A stretch of 58,661 nucleotides of DNA, filler included, from an uncultured Myxococcia bacterium (lineage in GTDB: Bacteria; CAZTWC01): assembly GCA_964617105.1 (NCBI GenBank). It is 2 parts of 2 records of this genome, joined end to end, with 100 filler letters (N's around TTAATTAATTAA, not from the genome) between each part and the next. Parts side by side here need not be neighbours in the genome. Positions count along the whole stretch, not along the records: positions 29,434 to 58,661 come from CAZTWC010000012.1; 1 more part is not named here. One strand, 5' to 3'. Under the pieces are notes generated by a model. It saw only the letters and a list, made by a program, of their open reading frames with translations, was not told the origin of the DNA and ran no database searches. Positions 37,895 to 47,483 of this stretch are shown piece after piece (position 1 is the stretch's first letter; each line of letters begins with the position of its first letter). A program made the position numbers and the translations under genes.

Positions 37895-39424
37895 TTATAC
37901 AGTTGAAACCTTTTTCTTTAATTTTTCGAATCCATCTTTACCACAGAGCAAACAAAAAGTGATGGGCATTTTTTCCCGAGCCTGTTTGGCCATCTGATCA
38001 GCTATCAGCCGGATATCCCACTGGGCGTGCCTATCTTGGCGCAACCGGCAGAAATGATACATCTCCCGGGCGTTGAGAGTAAACAGAACCCGTCTTCTAT
38101 GAGCATTAGTAAGTATATAAGGGGCAACCCCTGGTAACTCCTTCTTTATTTGCCAATAGGTTTCCTGGGTGGCTGCTATGGTTTGGAGAAAAAAATCTTC
38201 CTGGCCAGATGCAACCACACTCTCCGGTATGGTAATCCCCAGGTTAGGATGGTAATCCTGGACCGTCAGGGTAGCCAGCCGGTGACGCTTTAACTGGGCG
38301 AAACAGGAGGCTGACACCTTCAGTTCAAAAGTCAAATTTACATGTTCCAGTTCACGGGGCATGGTATCGAAAAATTCCAGGTGTCCGAACAGGCTGAGAA
38401 AAAGGCGACAGCGCTGATTTTCCTCCAGGTTTGTTACCCGGGCAGCAATTTGTTGGTAATCGAAATTACCCACTTTGTGGGCCAGAGCACTTAATACCTT
38501 TAGATCGGCTTCCGGAGTGTAGTTGAGCAGTTTTACTTCCGCCTCGGACTGGTCAATAGAGGAAAGGGTTTGGTTTAACGTTTGCTTAAACATTTCTGAG
38601 TTCTCAATTACCTGGCCTGAGGATGGCTCCAAAATTTCTCCTAACTCTCTATGAAAATCTTGATACATATTTTGATCATAAAGAGATTTGTCAACAAAAA
38701 GGATAATGGAGGGAGCCACCTGGCTAACCAGAGTGCAAAGCTGCTTTCCCACCTGACGCACTTCCTGGAGAGGATGACAGGCAAAACGCCGAATAATTAA
38801 CTCCAAATTACGGGCATTGATGGTAGCGCCCAACTGCCCTTCCACCGCCAGGGAAGTGATATAACGGGCATCCTCCTTAGCCATCCCCGCCAACTCGATT
38901 TTGCCAATTTTGCTCTCCAGCAAATGAGGGTTCTCTAGGGACAGATGGTTCTTTATGGCGGTAAAAAGTTGGTGATAGGCACTATGCTGACCGGTCACGG
39001 TTTCGATAAATTTATGTTTGAGAGAATTATCCTTTATCTCTTCCAGTTCCGCGGGAATAACAAAATCGTCTTTCAGTTTGATATAACGTTGAGATTTTTC
39101 AGTGTAGGAACAAAGTCTGAATTTTTCTATCTCCTCAATGGCCAGCCGGGAAACACCAATCATATCAAAATTGAAAACGGCGTGTTCTGCTACCGAATGG
39201 TGCCCCATGTCGAAAATTATTTTCTGGTTCGATTTACGAGCCTTGGACACTTCATCCCGGGCCACAGCCCGCAACTGGTCAACCGGCAAGTCATATCGGG
39301 AAATACGAGCGTAGGCGGCAGCAAGAGTTTCTGGGGTGATATTTTCTTTTTGCCAGTTGCTACTCTCCTTTAAATCGCGGATAGTATCGAAATCGAGATT
39401 AAAACCAGCTAAATTTATTTGCAT
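37895..39424 (-). CDS. thyX: FAD-dependent thymidylate synthase, tandem-domain form
   Basis: GHHSVAEH, SYTEKSQRY, KEDARY, NARNL; second domain QLKRHR, NAREMYHF..LR..HAQWDIR; start set at ATG 39424. Confidence 0.88.
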   Translation of the reverse strand: MQINLAGFNLDFDTIRDLKESSNWQKENITPETLAAAYARISRYDLPVDQLRAVARDEVSKARKSNQKIIFDMGHHSVAEHAVFNFDMIGVSRLAIEEIEKFRLCSYTEKSQRYIKLKDDFVIPAELEEIKDNSLKHKFIETVTGQHSAYHQLFTAIKNHLSLENPHLLESKIGKIELAGMAKEDARYITSLAVEGQLGATINARNLELIIRRFACHPLQEVRQVGKQLCTLVSQVAPSIILFVDKSLYDQNMYQDFHRELGEILEPSSGQVIENSEMFKQTLNQTLSSIDQSEAEVKLLNYTPEADLKVLSALAHKVGNFDYQQIAARVTNLEENQRCRLFLSLFGHLEFFDTMPRELEHVNLTFELKVSASCFAQLKRHRLATLTVQDYHPNLGITIPESVVASGQEDFFLQTIAATQETYWQIKKELPGVAPYILTNAHRRRVLFTLNAREMYHFCRLRQDRHAQWDIRLIADQMAKQAREKMPITFCLLCGKDGFEKLKKKVSTV

Positions 39425-39586
39425 TTGAATGTTTCTCCATTGGTGATGGTTGCAGGGTGGGCACCACCAAAATAAAGTAATTGCCGTCCGAGAATTCACT
39501 TCGTTGATAAGTATAATGATGTGGTTCAAAATCGGCAAGTGCTTTATTTGAACCGGTTTCGATTTTTCGGGATTAGGCTTTTTCCA

Positions 39587-39615
39587 TTGACATATTTTAA
39601 TTTTTTAACTAAAAT
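39587..39615 (+). promoter_or_regulatory. Near-consensus sigma70 promoter
   Basis: TTGACA-17 nt-TAAAAT upstream of the Cys-rich lipoprotein gene. Confidence 0.7.
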
Positions 39616-39671
39616 AACAACTCTGGTTAAATTGAGAAGCATTTAAAGTGTCCACAACTATGAAGGAGTTG

Positions 39672-41639
39672 ATGATGAATCAAAAAAGAATGTCCAAATT
39701 GTTTAGAGGGGGAAATTATTTATTTCTCTGTCTGCTACTGGCGGCTTTTCTTGTCGCCTGCGGCAATGAAGAAACAACACCTGGTACTGAAAACGGCGGT
39801 ACAGGCAACGACGGTACAGGAGACACCACTGGTGGTGGTAAAACCTGTAGCAACGATCTGAACTGCCAACCCACTGAATACTGCGATTTGATCACCAAGT
39901 CCTGTAAAGCCAAAGATGGCGGCACTGGAGTCGCAACATGCACCAGCGATGCCAACTGCGCCGCGGGTCAGAAATGCAATCTCACCACTGGTAAGTGCGA
40001 AACTAACAATTTACCATTTAAATGCACCAGCGATGCCAACTGCGCCGCGGGCCAAACATGCAATCTCCTTACTGGTAATTGCGAAGGTGATGCAACTACT
40101 AATCCCCCCACCAGCACCGAGCCGGCCTCCAGCGGCAAAACTTGCACCAGCGATGCTGATTGCGGAACAGAAAAATGTGTCCCATCATTCTCAGATCAAA
40201 CCAAAAAATCTTGCCGCAGAGCATGCACCCCCCAACAGGACCTTTGCGGCCCCAATGAAGGTTGCGCTCCTACTCAAATGGGCGGCATCTGTGTTGCTGA
40301 TGAATGTTCCTGGGCAAAACCCTGCGCCGGAACCAACACCTGCTTTCCAATTGACACTGACTCCTCTATCTGCATCCCCTCCGGGCAAATTCCTGCCGGC
40401 GGTGACTGTACCTCCAATCAAAACGGCTGTGCCCAGGGCGCTCTTTGTGTGCCAATAGACCAGCAGCAGACCAAATTTGAATGTATTATGACCTGTAATC
40501 CTGCTCAAAACACCCAGTGCACCGACATGGACTGCAAAGATATCAGTGACAGTTTTAAAAGAGCGACCAACTCTTTTGGAATCTGCATGAAAAAAGGCAC
40601 AGTAGATGCCTACGGCGATTGTGACCAGAACAACCCCTGCAAGCAACCAATGATGTGCGTAATGCTTTCTCAGAACGCTACCACGGGAAGTTGTCTCAAC
40701 CCCTGTAATGTAAAAAATCCCCAGTGCACTGACAAAGATGAGCAGTGCCTGCCCTTACAGAGCGGTGGAGATGAAGGTATATGTTACAAACAAAAACCCG
40801 GCAATGTCGCTATTGACCAATCTTGTGGTCAGGCTGAAGGCAATTGCAAAGAGGGTCTGATTTGCTTGACTCTCAAAGAGGGCGACACATCTGGCACCTG
40901 CCTGCAAAAATGCGTACCCGGGGATACCACAGTCATCTGCCCCAAAGCGGAACAATCCTGCGTGCCTCTTCAAAGCGGCGGCGGTGTTTGCTACGCGGCC
41001 CCTACCGGTAATAGCGGAAAATATCAAGAGTGCGGCAATGATACCGTGGGTTACTGCAAAAAGGACCTTATGTGCGTAAATACTGAGGCTGATTCCAAAA
41101 CTGGTACCTGCCTGTCTAAGTGTGACGCCGCTAAAAACAACACCGACAATACCAATGCCGAATGTGTTGAGTCCGGAGAAAAGTGTTTTCAACTTCAAAA
41201 CGGCGAAGGTATCTGCTACAAACCACCCACCGGAAACAACGAAAAAGGTGCCAAATGCGGTAGTAAGGCGGCTGGCCACTGCAAAGAAGGTTTACTGTGT
41301 GTCCTCATGGCTCAGGGTGACACAGAGGGCACCTGCCTGACTATTTGCGATCCAGCCAACCCCCAGTGTGACACTGATGAACAGTGCATGGGGCTTCAAG
41401 GCGGCGGCGGTGTCTGCAGCAAACAAGGTATGTCTACCGGCTCCAATGACGCTGGGCAATCTTGTGGACCCAAATCGGGCGGCTGTAAAACCGGACTGCT
41501 ATGCGTCAAACAGAGTCAAACCGAAGAAGAGGGCAAATGCTATATATCCTGCGATCCGGCGAATCCTTCTTGCCCCATGCCCAGCCAGAACTGTGCACCT
41601 ATCTCTGCTGGTTCAGGCGGTGTCTGCGCCCCCCCATGA
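39672..41639 (+). CDS. Very Cys-rich repeat lipoprotein
   Basis: AAGGAG RBS; LVAC lipobox; CTSDANC repeats (84-nt duplication) followed by about six C..GL.C...G.C...C.P...C...C...GG.C modules. Confidence 0.85.
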   Translation: MMNQKRMSKLFRGGNYLFLCLLLAAFLVACGNEETTPGTENGGTGNDGTGDTTGGGKTCSNDLNCQPTEYCDLITKSCKAKDGGTGVATCTSDANCAAGQKCNLTTGKCETNNLPFKCTSDANCAAGQTCNLLTGNCEGDATTNPPTSTEPASSGKTCTSDADCGTEKCVPSFSDQTKKSCRRACTPQQDLCGPNEGCAPTQMGGICVADECSWAKPCAGTNTCFPIDTDSSICIPSGQIPAGGDCTSNQNGCAQGALCVPIDQQQTKFECIMTCNPAQNTQCTDMDCKDISDSFKRATNSFGICMKKGTVDAYGDCDQNNPCKQPMMCVMLSQNATTGSCLNPCNVKNPQCTDKDEQCLPLQSGGDEGICYKQKPGNVAIDQSCGQAEGNCKEGLICLTLKEGDTSGTCLQKCVPGDTTVICPKAEQSCVPLQSGGGVCYAAPTGNSGKYQECGNDTVGYCKKDLMCVNTEADSKTGTCLSKCDAAKNNTDNTNAECVESGEKCFQLQNGEGICYKPPTGNNEKGAKCGSKAAGHCKEGLLCVLMAQGDTEGTCLTICDPANPQCDTDEQCMGLQGGGGVCSKQGMSTGSNDAGQSCGPKSGGCKTGLLCVKQSQTEEEGKCYISCDPANPSCPMPSQNCAPISAGSGGVCAPP

Positions 41640-41679
41640 TCCAGCGAATGGCGGCGCTGTTAGTTATTAATTAAACACT

Positions 41680-41708
41680 AAAGGGGCCTTAAAAGGGCCC
41701 CTTTTTTT
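41680..41708 (+). terminator. Rho-independent terminator
   Basis: AAAGGGGCC-loop-GGCCCCTTT followed by T tract. Confidence 0.8.
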
Positions 41709-41722
41709 ATTGGGAGTTAACA

Positions 41723-42796
41723 ATGTTTCTGCTTGGCTATACTGGTTTTCAAAAGACCTGTAGACTTTCATTTTTCTCGCTAATTTTATTACTCTTTTCT
41801 CTTTTGACCGCCTCTTTTTTTTCTAACTGCCTGGCTCCGGAAACCACTTCAACTCCACAATCATTACCAACCGTAGAAATTCTTCTGATCAAGCACAGCC
41901 AAACTCTGGGTAAAGAATGCCTGGCGCATTCCGATTGCCACCCCGAAAATGAAAAATGCGCTCCCGATTTACACCCGCCCAGAGGTTTAAAATGCCGGCT
42001 TAGGTGTAATTCAACCTACGACTCTTGCGATACCAACCAGGGCTGCCTGAATACCGATCTGGGCGGTTTATGCTTTCCCGGCGATCAGTGTGAAATTACC
42101 ACCAATCCCTGCCCCGATGAGCAATCGACCTGTTTACCCTGGGATCAAGACTCCTCTTTCTGCCTGCCACCGGGCAATGCAAAACCGGGTGAACCTTGCA
42201 CTATTATCCAAGGCTGTTCTCATGGAAATCTCTGCGTTTCCCTTGAGCCCACCAAGCCAAATATAGGACGCTGCCTGACTTTTTGCAGTTTGGATGAGAC
42301 CAAATGTCCAGAAGATACCAATTGTATTGATACCAGCCATCATCTCCATCGTCCTCCCGGAAATATTGCCCTTTGCCTGCCTGAACTTTCGGGTGATTTA
42401 AAAGAGGGCGCCGAATGCGGCCTGGATAAAGGACTGTGTCAGGCTGGTTTTTATTGTACCACCGCCCGCCGCGGAAACCTGCAAGGAACCTGCCGTAAAC
42501 TATGCCAGGAAAATTGTTCGGAAGACCACCACTGTTACCCCATTAACGGAACTGAGTTAAAGGTCTGCCTGCCGATAAACCAAACTGTTGAAGGCCATAT
42601 TGAATTGGGTCAACCCTGTGGACCGCAATTGGGAAACTGCAATTCAGGCTTGCTTTGCGTAAAGGCTCAGCCTTTACAGGAAAATGGAACCTGTCTGGAC
42701 ATCTGTGGTCCAGAAAAAGATTGCACCATTAAAACCATGCGCTGCTTACCTCTAATTGACAGAAATGAACAAGTCTGCTATGACGGTGAAAAATAA
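41723..42796 (+). CDS. Cys-rich secreted protein, shorter paralog of 39672-41639
   Basis: Same Cys spacing (CR..C....D.C..N.GC....GG.C; GQPCGP..GNC.SGLLCVK). Confidence 0.78.
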   Translation: MFLLGYTGFQKTCRLSFFSLILLLFSLLTASFFSNCLAPETTSTPQSLPTVEILLIKHSQTLGKECLAHSDCHPENEKCAPDLHPPRGLKCRLRCNSTYDSCDTNQGCLNTDLGGLCFPGDQCEITTNPCPDEQSTCLPWDQDSSFCLPPGNAKPGEPCTIIQGCSHGNLCVSLEPTKPNIGRCLTFCSLDETKCPEDTNCIDTSHHLHRPPGNIALCLPELSGDLKEGAECGLDKGLCQAGFYCTTARRGNLQGTCRKLCQENCSEDHHCYPINGTELKVCLPINQTVEGHIELGQPCGPQLGNCNSGLLCVKAQPLQENGTCLDICGPEKDCTIKTMRCLPLIDRNEQVCYDGEK

Positions 42797-42865
42797 CCTC
42801 TTACCTGAAAATTATATTTTTAGATCTCACTATTATTATCTTGTATATATCAATAGGGATAAACC

Positions 42866-45661
42866 ATGAAACTTGACCAATCATACGATTCTACCAAAAT
42901 TGAAGAGAAGTGGTACAAATTTTGGGTAGACCATAATTGCTTTCACGCCGATGAACATAATGATAGCAAGCCCCCATACTGTATTGTAATTCCGCCGCCC
43001 AATGTAACCGGTCAACTCCACATGGGCCATGCTATATTTATCACCCTGCAGGATCTTTTAATTCGCTGGAAAAAAATGTCTGGATTCAATGCCATGTGGC
43101 TGCCTGGCACTGATCACGCCGGTATTGCTACCCAAATGGTGGTGGAAAGAGAGATTAAAAACAGTGACAATACTACCCGACATCAAATCGGCCGGGAACA
43201 GTTTTTGAACCGGGTTTGGAAATGGAAAGAGGAGAAAGGCGGAAAAATCACAGAACAATTGAAGGTTATGGGCGCCGCTCTTGACTGGGAGCGAGAACGG
43301 TTCACCATGGACCCTGGACTGTCGGCTGCGGTTAGAGAATCTTTTGTAAAATTGTATGAAGAGGAACTTATCTATCGAGACTACCGGCTGATTAACTGGT
43401 GTCCCCGCTGCCTGACTGCTCTTTCCGATCTGGAAGTTGAATACCAGGAAAATGTCCCTGGCGAATTGTGGTCATTTGCTTACCCCCTGGCTGACGGCCC
43501 AGAAGAGATAGTGGTCGCTACCACCAGGCCAGAAACCATGCTTGGAGATACAGCAGTTGCCGTCCATCCACAAGATAAACGTTATCAGCACCTTATAGGT
43601 AAAGATATAATCCACCCCCTGTTAAAATACCGATTCCCGGTAATTGCCGATGAAATATTGGTGGATACCAATTTCGGCACAGGCGCGGTTAAGGTTACCC
43701 CAGCCCACGATCCCAACGACTTTGAGGTTGGAAAACGACACAACTTAAAATTTATTACTATCCTGGAAAAAGATGGAGCCCTTAACCAAAATTGCGGCGC
43801 TTATCAAGGAATGGAACGTTTTGAAGCCCGAAAAAAAGTAAAACAGGATCTAACCGACCTGGGACTCCAAAGAGGAAGCCAGGAACACCAGATGAATATT
43901 GGCTCCTGCCAGCGGTGCGGCACTATTATTGAACCATTTTTAAGCAAGCAGTGGTTTGTAAAAATTGCTCCCCTGGCCAAACCTGCCATTGAGGCGGTTA
44001 AAACCGGCAAGATCGAGTTTGTTCCCCAGGTGTGGGAAAAAACCTATTTTGAGTGGATGAACAATATCAGAGACTGGTGTATCTCGCGTCAACTTTGGTG
44101 GGGCCATCAAATTCCAGCCTGGTATTGCCAGGATTGCGGTCATGTCAATGTTTCCCGCCAGGATCTGGATAATTGCCAAAAATGTGGCTCCGCCAATATT
44201 AAGCAGGATGAAGATGTGCTTGATACCTGGTTCTCCTCTGCTCTCTGGCCTTTCAGCACCATGGGCTGGCCTGAAAATACCAAAACCCTTTCTAAATTCT
44301 ATCCTACTACTGTTATGGAAACCGGTTTTGATATTATTTTTTTCTGGGTTGCCCGGATGATTATGATGGGTATTCACTTCATGAAGGAGGTCCCCTTTAA
44401 AACCGTATTTCTCCATGCCATGGTGAGAGACCATGATGGAAAAAAAATGTCAAAGGTCAAAGGCAATGTTATCGATCCTTTAGATATTATCTATGGTATC
44501 TCTCTGGATGACCTTATTCAAAAACGTAGCCATGACGCTAAATCGGTTGGTTTATCGGATCGGGAAACCAACCGAATAGTAAAAGCCACTAAAAAAGAAT
44601 TTCCTAAAGGGATGCCCGCAGCCGGGGCTGATGCTCTCAGATTCTCCCTGATCTCCATGGCTGGACATGGACGCGACATCAAGTTAGACGTAAAAAGAGT
44701 TGAAGGGTACCACTTCTTTGCCAATAAAATTTGGAATGCCACTAAATTTGCATTGATTAATCTGGAAGATTTTCAAGATGACAATACCGAGTTTGATCCC
44801 TTAAGCATGGATCTGAATATTGCCGACAAGTGGATTATAACCCAATTGAGCAAGGTCTGCGGCCAGGTGGTAGAATCTCTGGAAGCATTTCAATTCGACT
44901 CCGCTTCCAGGGATCTTTACTATTTCTTCTGGCATCAGTTGTGCGACTGGTATATCGAGTTATCCAAACCAGTTTTTCAAGGCACTGATAATCAAGCCAG
45001 ACATACCAGTCAAAGAGTGCTGGTTCATTGCCTGGATAACGCTATCAGGCTTTTGCATCCATTTATGCCCTTTATAACTGAAGAGATTTGGCAGGCTCTC
45101 CCTTTAAAACGCCATCAAACTCTTAAGTCAATAATGTATGATAATTTTCCTGATAAAAACATGGAATGGGAATTTGCCATTGAATCCAGTCAAATGACAT
45201 TTCTAATGGAAGCCATCAAATCGATTCGCGCCATCAGGGGTGAATGTCAGATTAATCCGGGGCAGAAACTTCAAACCATATTTTGCCCAACCCTTCAGGA
45301 ACAAGCCGATATTCTAAGGGACAACCAAGTCTATTTGCAAAATCTGGCTGGTCTAGAAGAAGTTACTATTCTGGATCGAATAAAATACCAACGCCAAGGT
45401 CCAGTGGCTGCTGCGGTGGTAGATGGCGCCGATATTTTTATCCCCCTGGCCGGTATTATTGATATAGACAAAGAGATGGTGCGGTTGGAAAAAGAGATTA
45501 AAAACATAGACAAGGAGATGGTACGGATAAAAGGGAAATTGCAAAATCCCAACTTTGTGGCCAAAGCGCCCACCCATATTATTGAAAAAGAGAAAAACCG
45601 GTTGGATGAAAATATTTTTAATCGAGATAAATTGGCAGAAAATCTTCGCCTGCTGCAGTAA
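42866..45661 (+). CDS. valS: Valine--tRNA ligase
   Basis: PPPNVTGQLHMGH, DWCISRQLWWGH, DVLDTWFSS, KMSK, C-terminal coiled coil. Confidence 0.98.
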   Translation: MKLDQSYDSTKIEEKWYKFWVDHNCFHADEHNDSKPPYCIVIPPPNVTGQLHMGHAIFITLQDLLIRWKKMSGFNAMWLPGTDHAGIATQMVVEREIKNSDNTTRHQIGREQFLNRVWKWKEEKGGKITEQLKVMGAALDWERERFTMDPGLSAAVRESFVKLYEEELIYRDYRLINWCPRCLTALSDLEVEYQENVPGELWSFAYPLADGPEEIVVATTRPETMLGDTAVAVHPQDKRYQHLIGKDIIHPLLKYRFPVIADEILVDTNFGTGAVKVTPAHDPNDFEVGKRHNLKFITILEKDGALNQNCGAYQGMERFEARKKVKQDLTDLGLQRGSQEHQMNIGSCQRCGTIIEPFLSKQWFVKIAPLAKPAIEAVKTGKIEFVPQVWEKTYFEWMNNIRDWCISRQLWWGHQIPAWYCQDCGHVNVSRQDLDNCQKCGSANIKQDEDVLDTWFSSALWPFSTMGWPENTKTLSKFYPTTVMETGFDIIFFWVARMIMMGIHFMKEVPFKTVFLHAMVRDHDGKKMSKVKGNVIDPLDIIYGISLDDLIQKRSHDAKSVGLSDRETNRIVKATKKEFPKGMPAAGADALRFSLISMAGHGRDIKLDVKRVEGYHFFANKIWNATKFALINLEDFQDDNTEFDPLSMDLNIADKWIITQLSKVCGQVVESLEAFQFDSASRDLYYFFWHQLCDWYIELSKPVFQGTDNQARHTSQRVLVHCLDNAIRLLHPFMPFITEEIWQALPLKRHQTLKSIMYDNFPDKNMEWEFAIESSQMTFLMEAIKSIRAIRGECQINPGQKLQTIFCPTLQEQADILRDNQVYLQNLAGLEEVTILDRIKYQRQGPVAAAVVDGADIFIPLAGIIDIDKEMVRLEKEIKNIDKEMVRIKGKLQNPNFVAKAPTHIIEKEKNRLDENIFNRDKLAENLRLLQ

Positions 45662-45707
45662 TCTTGGGAATTCTATCTACTACTTGTCGCGAAAATCTGG
45701 TTGGTAA

Positions 45708-46277
45708 CTAACCATTGTTTTTATCGTCAAATATCTCTGCAGAAAATATCTCTATAACCGCCTGGGGTGATCTCCACGAATCACTGGGAATACCGGCCTT
45801 GCGGCAAGTTTCCGCTAAAAATGTTTCCCGATCCCATTTATACCGGGTAGCCACCTGAGGCAACAGTACTCCGCTTTGTGGTCCCAGGGTTATATAAATC
45901 CCGTGTTCACCAACCTGGATCTCCTCAACTTTTTTAACTCTCTTAAGGGGTGATAACACCGATATCTCCACCTCCAGATCGGGTAATTCAGTTTTTGATA
46001 CTGGCGGAAATCTAAAATCGTTAAAAGCAGCTAATATAGCCATCTCCTGTATAGTATTAAAAAGGTTTCTTCTACCTTGAAAGGTACCAATACAACCCCG
46101 TAATTGCCCTTGAATATATAGGGATACAAAAGCGCCTAAATTTTGCTTAAGTTCCTGACTGCTGCCTTCTCTTCCCCAATCTATATCAGGTAAAGCCTTT
46201 TGAGCCAGTTTAGTTTCAATCGTTTGTATTACCAAGTTTAATAAATATTTTTTATTTTCATCATTAATCAAGTTCAT
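45708..46277 (-). CDS. amrA: AmmeMemoRadiSam system protein A (AMMECR1 domain)
   Basis: GAFVSL, LRGCIG, DFRFPPV, EISVLSP, GVLLPQVA. Confidence 0.9.
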   Translation of the reverse strand: MNLINDENKKYLLNLVIQTIETKLAQKALPDIDWGREGSSQELKQNLGAFVSLYIQGQLRGCIGTFQGRRNLFNTIQEMAILAAFNDFRFPPVSKTELPDLEVEISVLSPLKRVKKVEEIQVGEHGIYITLGPQSGVLLPQVATRYKWDRETFLAETCRKAGIPSDSWRSPQAVIEIFSAEIFDDKNNG

Positions 46278-46339
46278 TTTTATCTCCTCCTTAATTTCAG
46301 TTCTTTATCCAAGTATCCAAGAGTACTTGGATATTAACC

Positions 46340-46367
46340 TTGACTTTTATTGTTTTAATGTTAAACT
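46340..46367 (+). promoter_or_regulatory. Sigma70 promoter of rpmB (extended -10)
   Basis: TTGACT-16 nt-TAAACT with TG directly upstream of the -10; inverted repeat ATCCAAGTA/TACTTGGAT just upstream. Confidence 0.55.
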
Positions 46368-46445
46368 ATGCTGTCTTAGACTCCTTTTTATTGTATTTAG
46401 AATGGTGCTTCAATAGCATTACATACGTATTACCTGGAGAATATC

Positions 46446-46640
46446 ATGTCTAGAAAGTGTAGTATATGTGGGAAAAAACCTCTGGTGGGAAATAATGTCA
46501 GCCATGCTCATAACAAGACCAAAAAGGTATCAAACCCTAATCTGCAAAAGGTCAAAGTGATCACCGATGGCGGTGGAACCAAGAAAATTGTAGTATGCAC
46601 AAGTTGTATCCGCAGCGGATTTATTAAAAAAGCCAGTTAA
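46446..46640 (+). CDS. rpmB: 50S ribosomal protein L28 (Zn-ribbon form)
   Basis: [36 protein letters not shown]. Confidence 0.97.
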   Translation: MSRKCSICGKKPLVGNNVSHAHNKTKKVSNPNLQKVKVITDGGGTKKIVVCTSCIRSGFIKKAS

Positions 46641-46658
46641 TGGTCTCTTCGCTCATCT

Positions 46659-47327
46659 TTAGAAATATGACTGGGGAATATAAACAATATCGTCTGGCTG
46701 AAGAAATAAGTTTTTTGCCTTACCTTTTCCTATCTCCTCTACCGGCACAATTATCTTCTTCTCTTTTCCTTCCAAAACCCTGGTAATATTTATTTTATTT
46801 TTATCTGCCAATGGGCTAAAGCCACCTGCCAGAGTTAAGGCCTGTATTATAGTCATATTATCTTCAAATGGAAAAGTGCCGGGATTTTTTACCTCACCAA
46901 ATACAAATATCTTCTTAGAACGAAATTCCTTAATAAATATTGAAACTTGTGGATTCTGTAAATATTTGTCTCCTAATTTATTTTGGATCTCCTCAGCAAT
47001 ATCCACCTGATTTCGGGAAGTTACATTAATCTTTCCTATTAAAGGAAAATTAATATACCCGCTTTGTGGAACCCGATAAAGGTTGGAAAGATCTTTATTC
47101 ATAAAGACCCTGACCTCAAATATATCTCCTGGGCCCAGGGTGATGGTTTTACTCTTTTTAGCGGAATAAAAGAGTCCACTCTTGCCTTTGGCGGTATTCG
47201 TATCACCAAAATATTCTGTACTTTCATTGTTAGTTGGATAGGTAATTTTCTTTACACAACCTGGAGAAAGCAATAGTAGCGAAAAAGTTATTAGAATATT
47301 GATTATTACAAGGGTGCAGCAATGCAA
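46659..47327 (-). CDS. Short OPX/Wza-family polysaccharide export protein (Poly_export + SLBB)
   Basis: LGPGDIFEVRVF, GYINFPLIG, YLQNPQVSI, VFGEVKNPG, ALTLAGGF, LQPDDIVYIP; no C-terminal Wza helix. Confidence 0.88.
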   Translation of the reverse strand: MHCCTLVIINILITFSLLLLSPGCVKKITYPTNNESTEYFGDTNTAKGKSGLFYSAKKSKTITLGPGDIFEVRVFMNKDLSNLYRVPQSGYINFPLIGKINVTSRNQVDIAEEIQNKLGDKYLQNPQVSIFIKEFRSKKIFVFGEVKNPGTFPFEDNMTIIQALTLAGGFSPLADKNKINITRVLEGKEKKIIVPVEEIGKGKAKNLFLQPDDIVYIPQSYF

Positions 47328-47369
47328 CTGATTATGCCTCCTGGAGTTTGATGATTAAACCCTGAAAGT

Positions 47370-47401
47370 AAAAGACCGGGAGTGATTACTGCTCCCGGTC
47401 T
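47370..47401 (-). terminator. Rho-independent terminator between beta-barrel and OPX genes
   Basis: AGACCGGGAG-loop-CTCCCGGTCT with T tract on the minus strand. Confidence 0.7.
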
Positions 47402-47483
47402 CGGTTTTAATATCAATAGAAGTTTCTGCCCCGGTTAGCATTTTTATGCTGTATTTGAATTACCTGGGGAGAAGCGTATAAAT

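Noticed and set aside
39425-39538. N-terminal extension of ThyX (WWCPPCNHH) in the ORF track
   Set aside because: Begins at an upstream TTG; ATG 39424 has a GGAG RBS and marks the start of recognisable ThyX sequence
39916-41670. Several long alternative-frame ORFs over the Cys-rich gene (similar cases within acnB, valS and gltG)
   Set aside because: Explained by codon bias and low-complexity sequence of the real genes; no independent motifs
45708-46277. AmmeMemoRadiSam protein A as a complete novel system
   Set aside because: Its B and radical SAM partners are not adjacent; lone A genes are common
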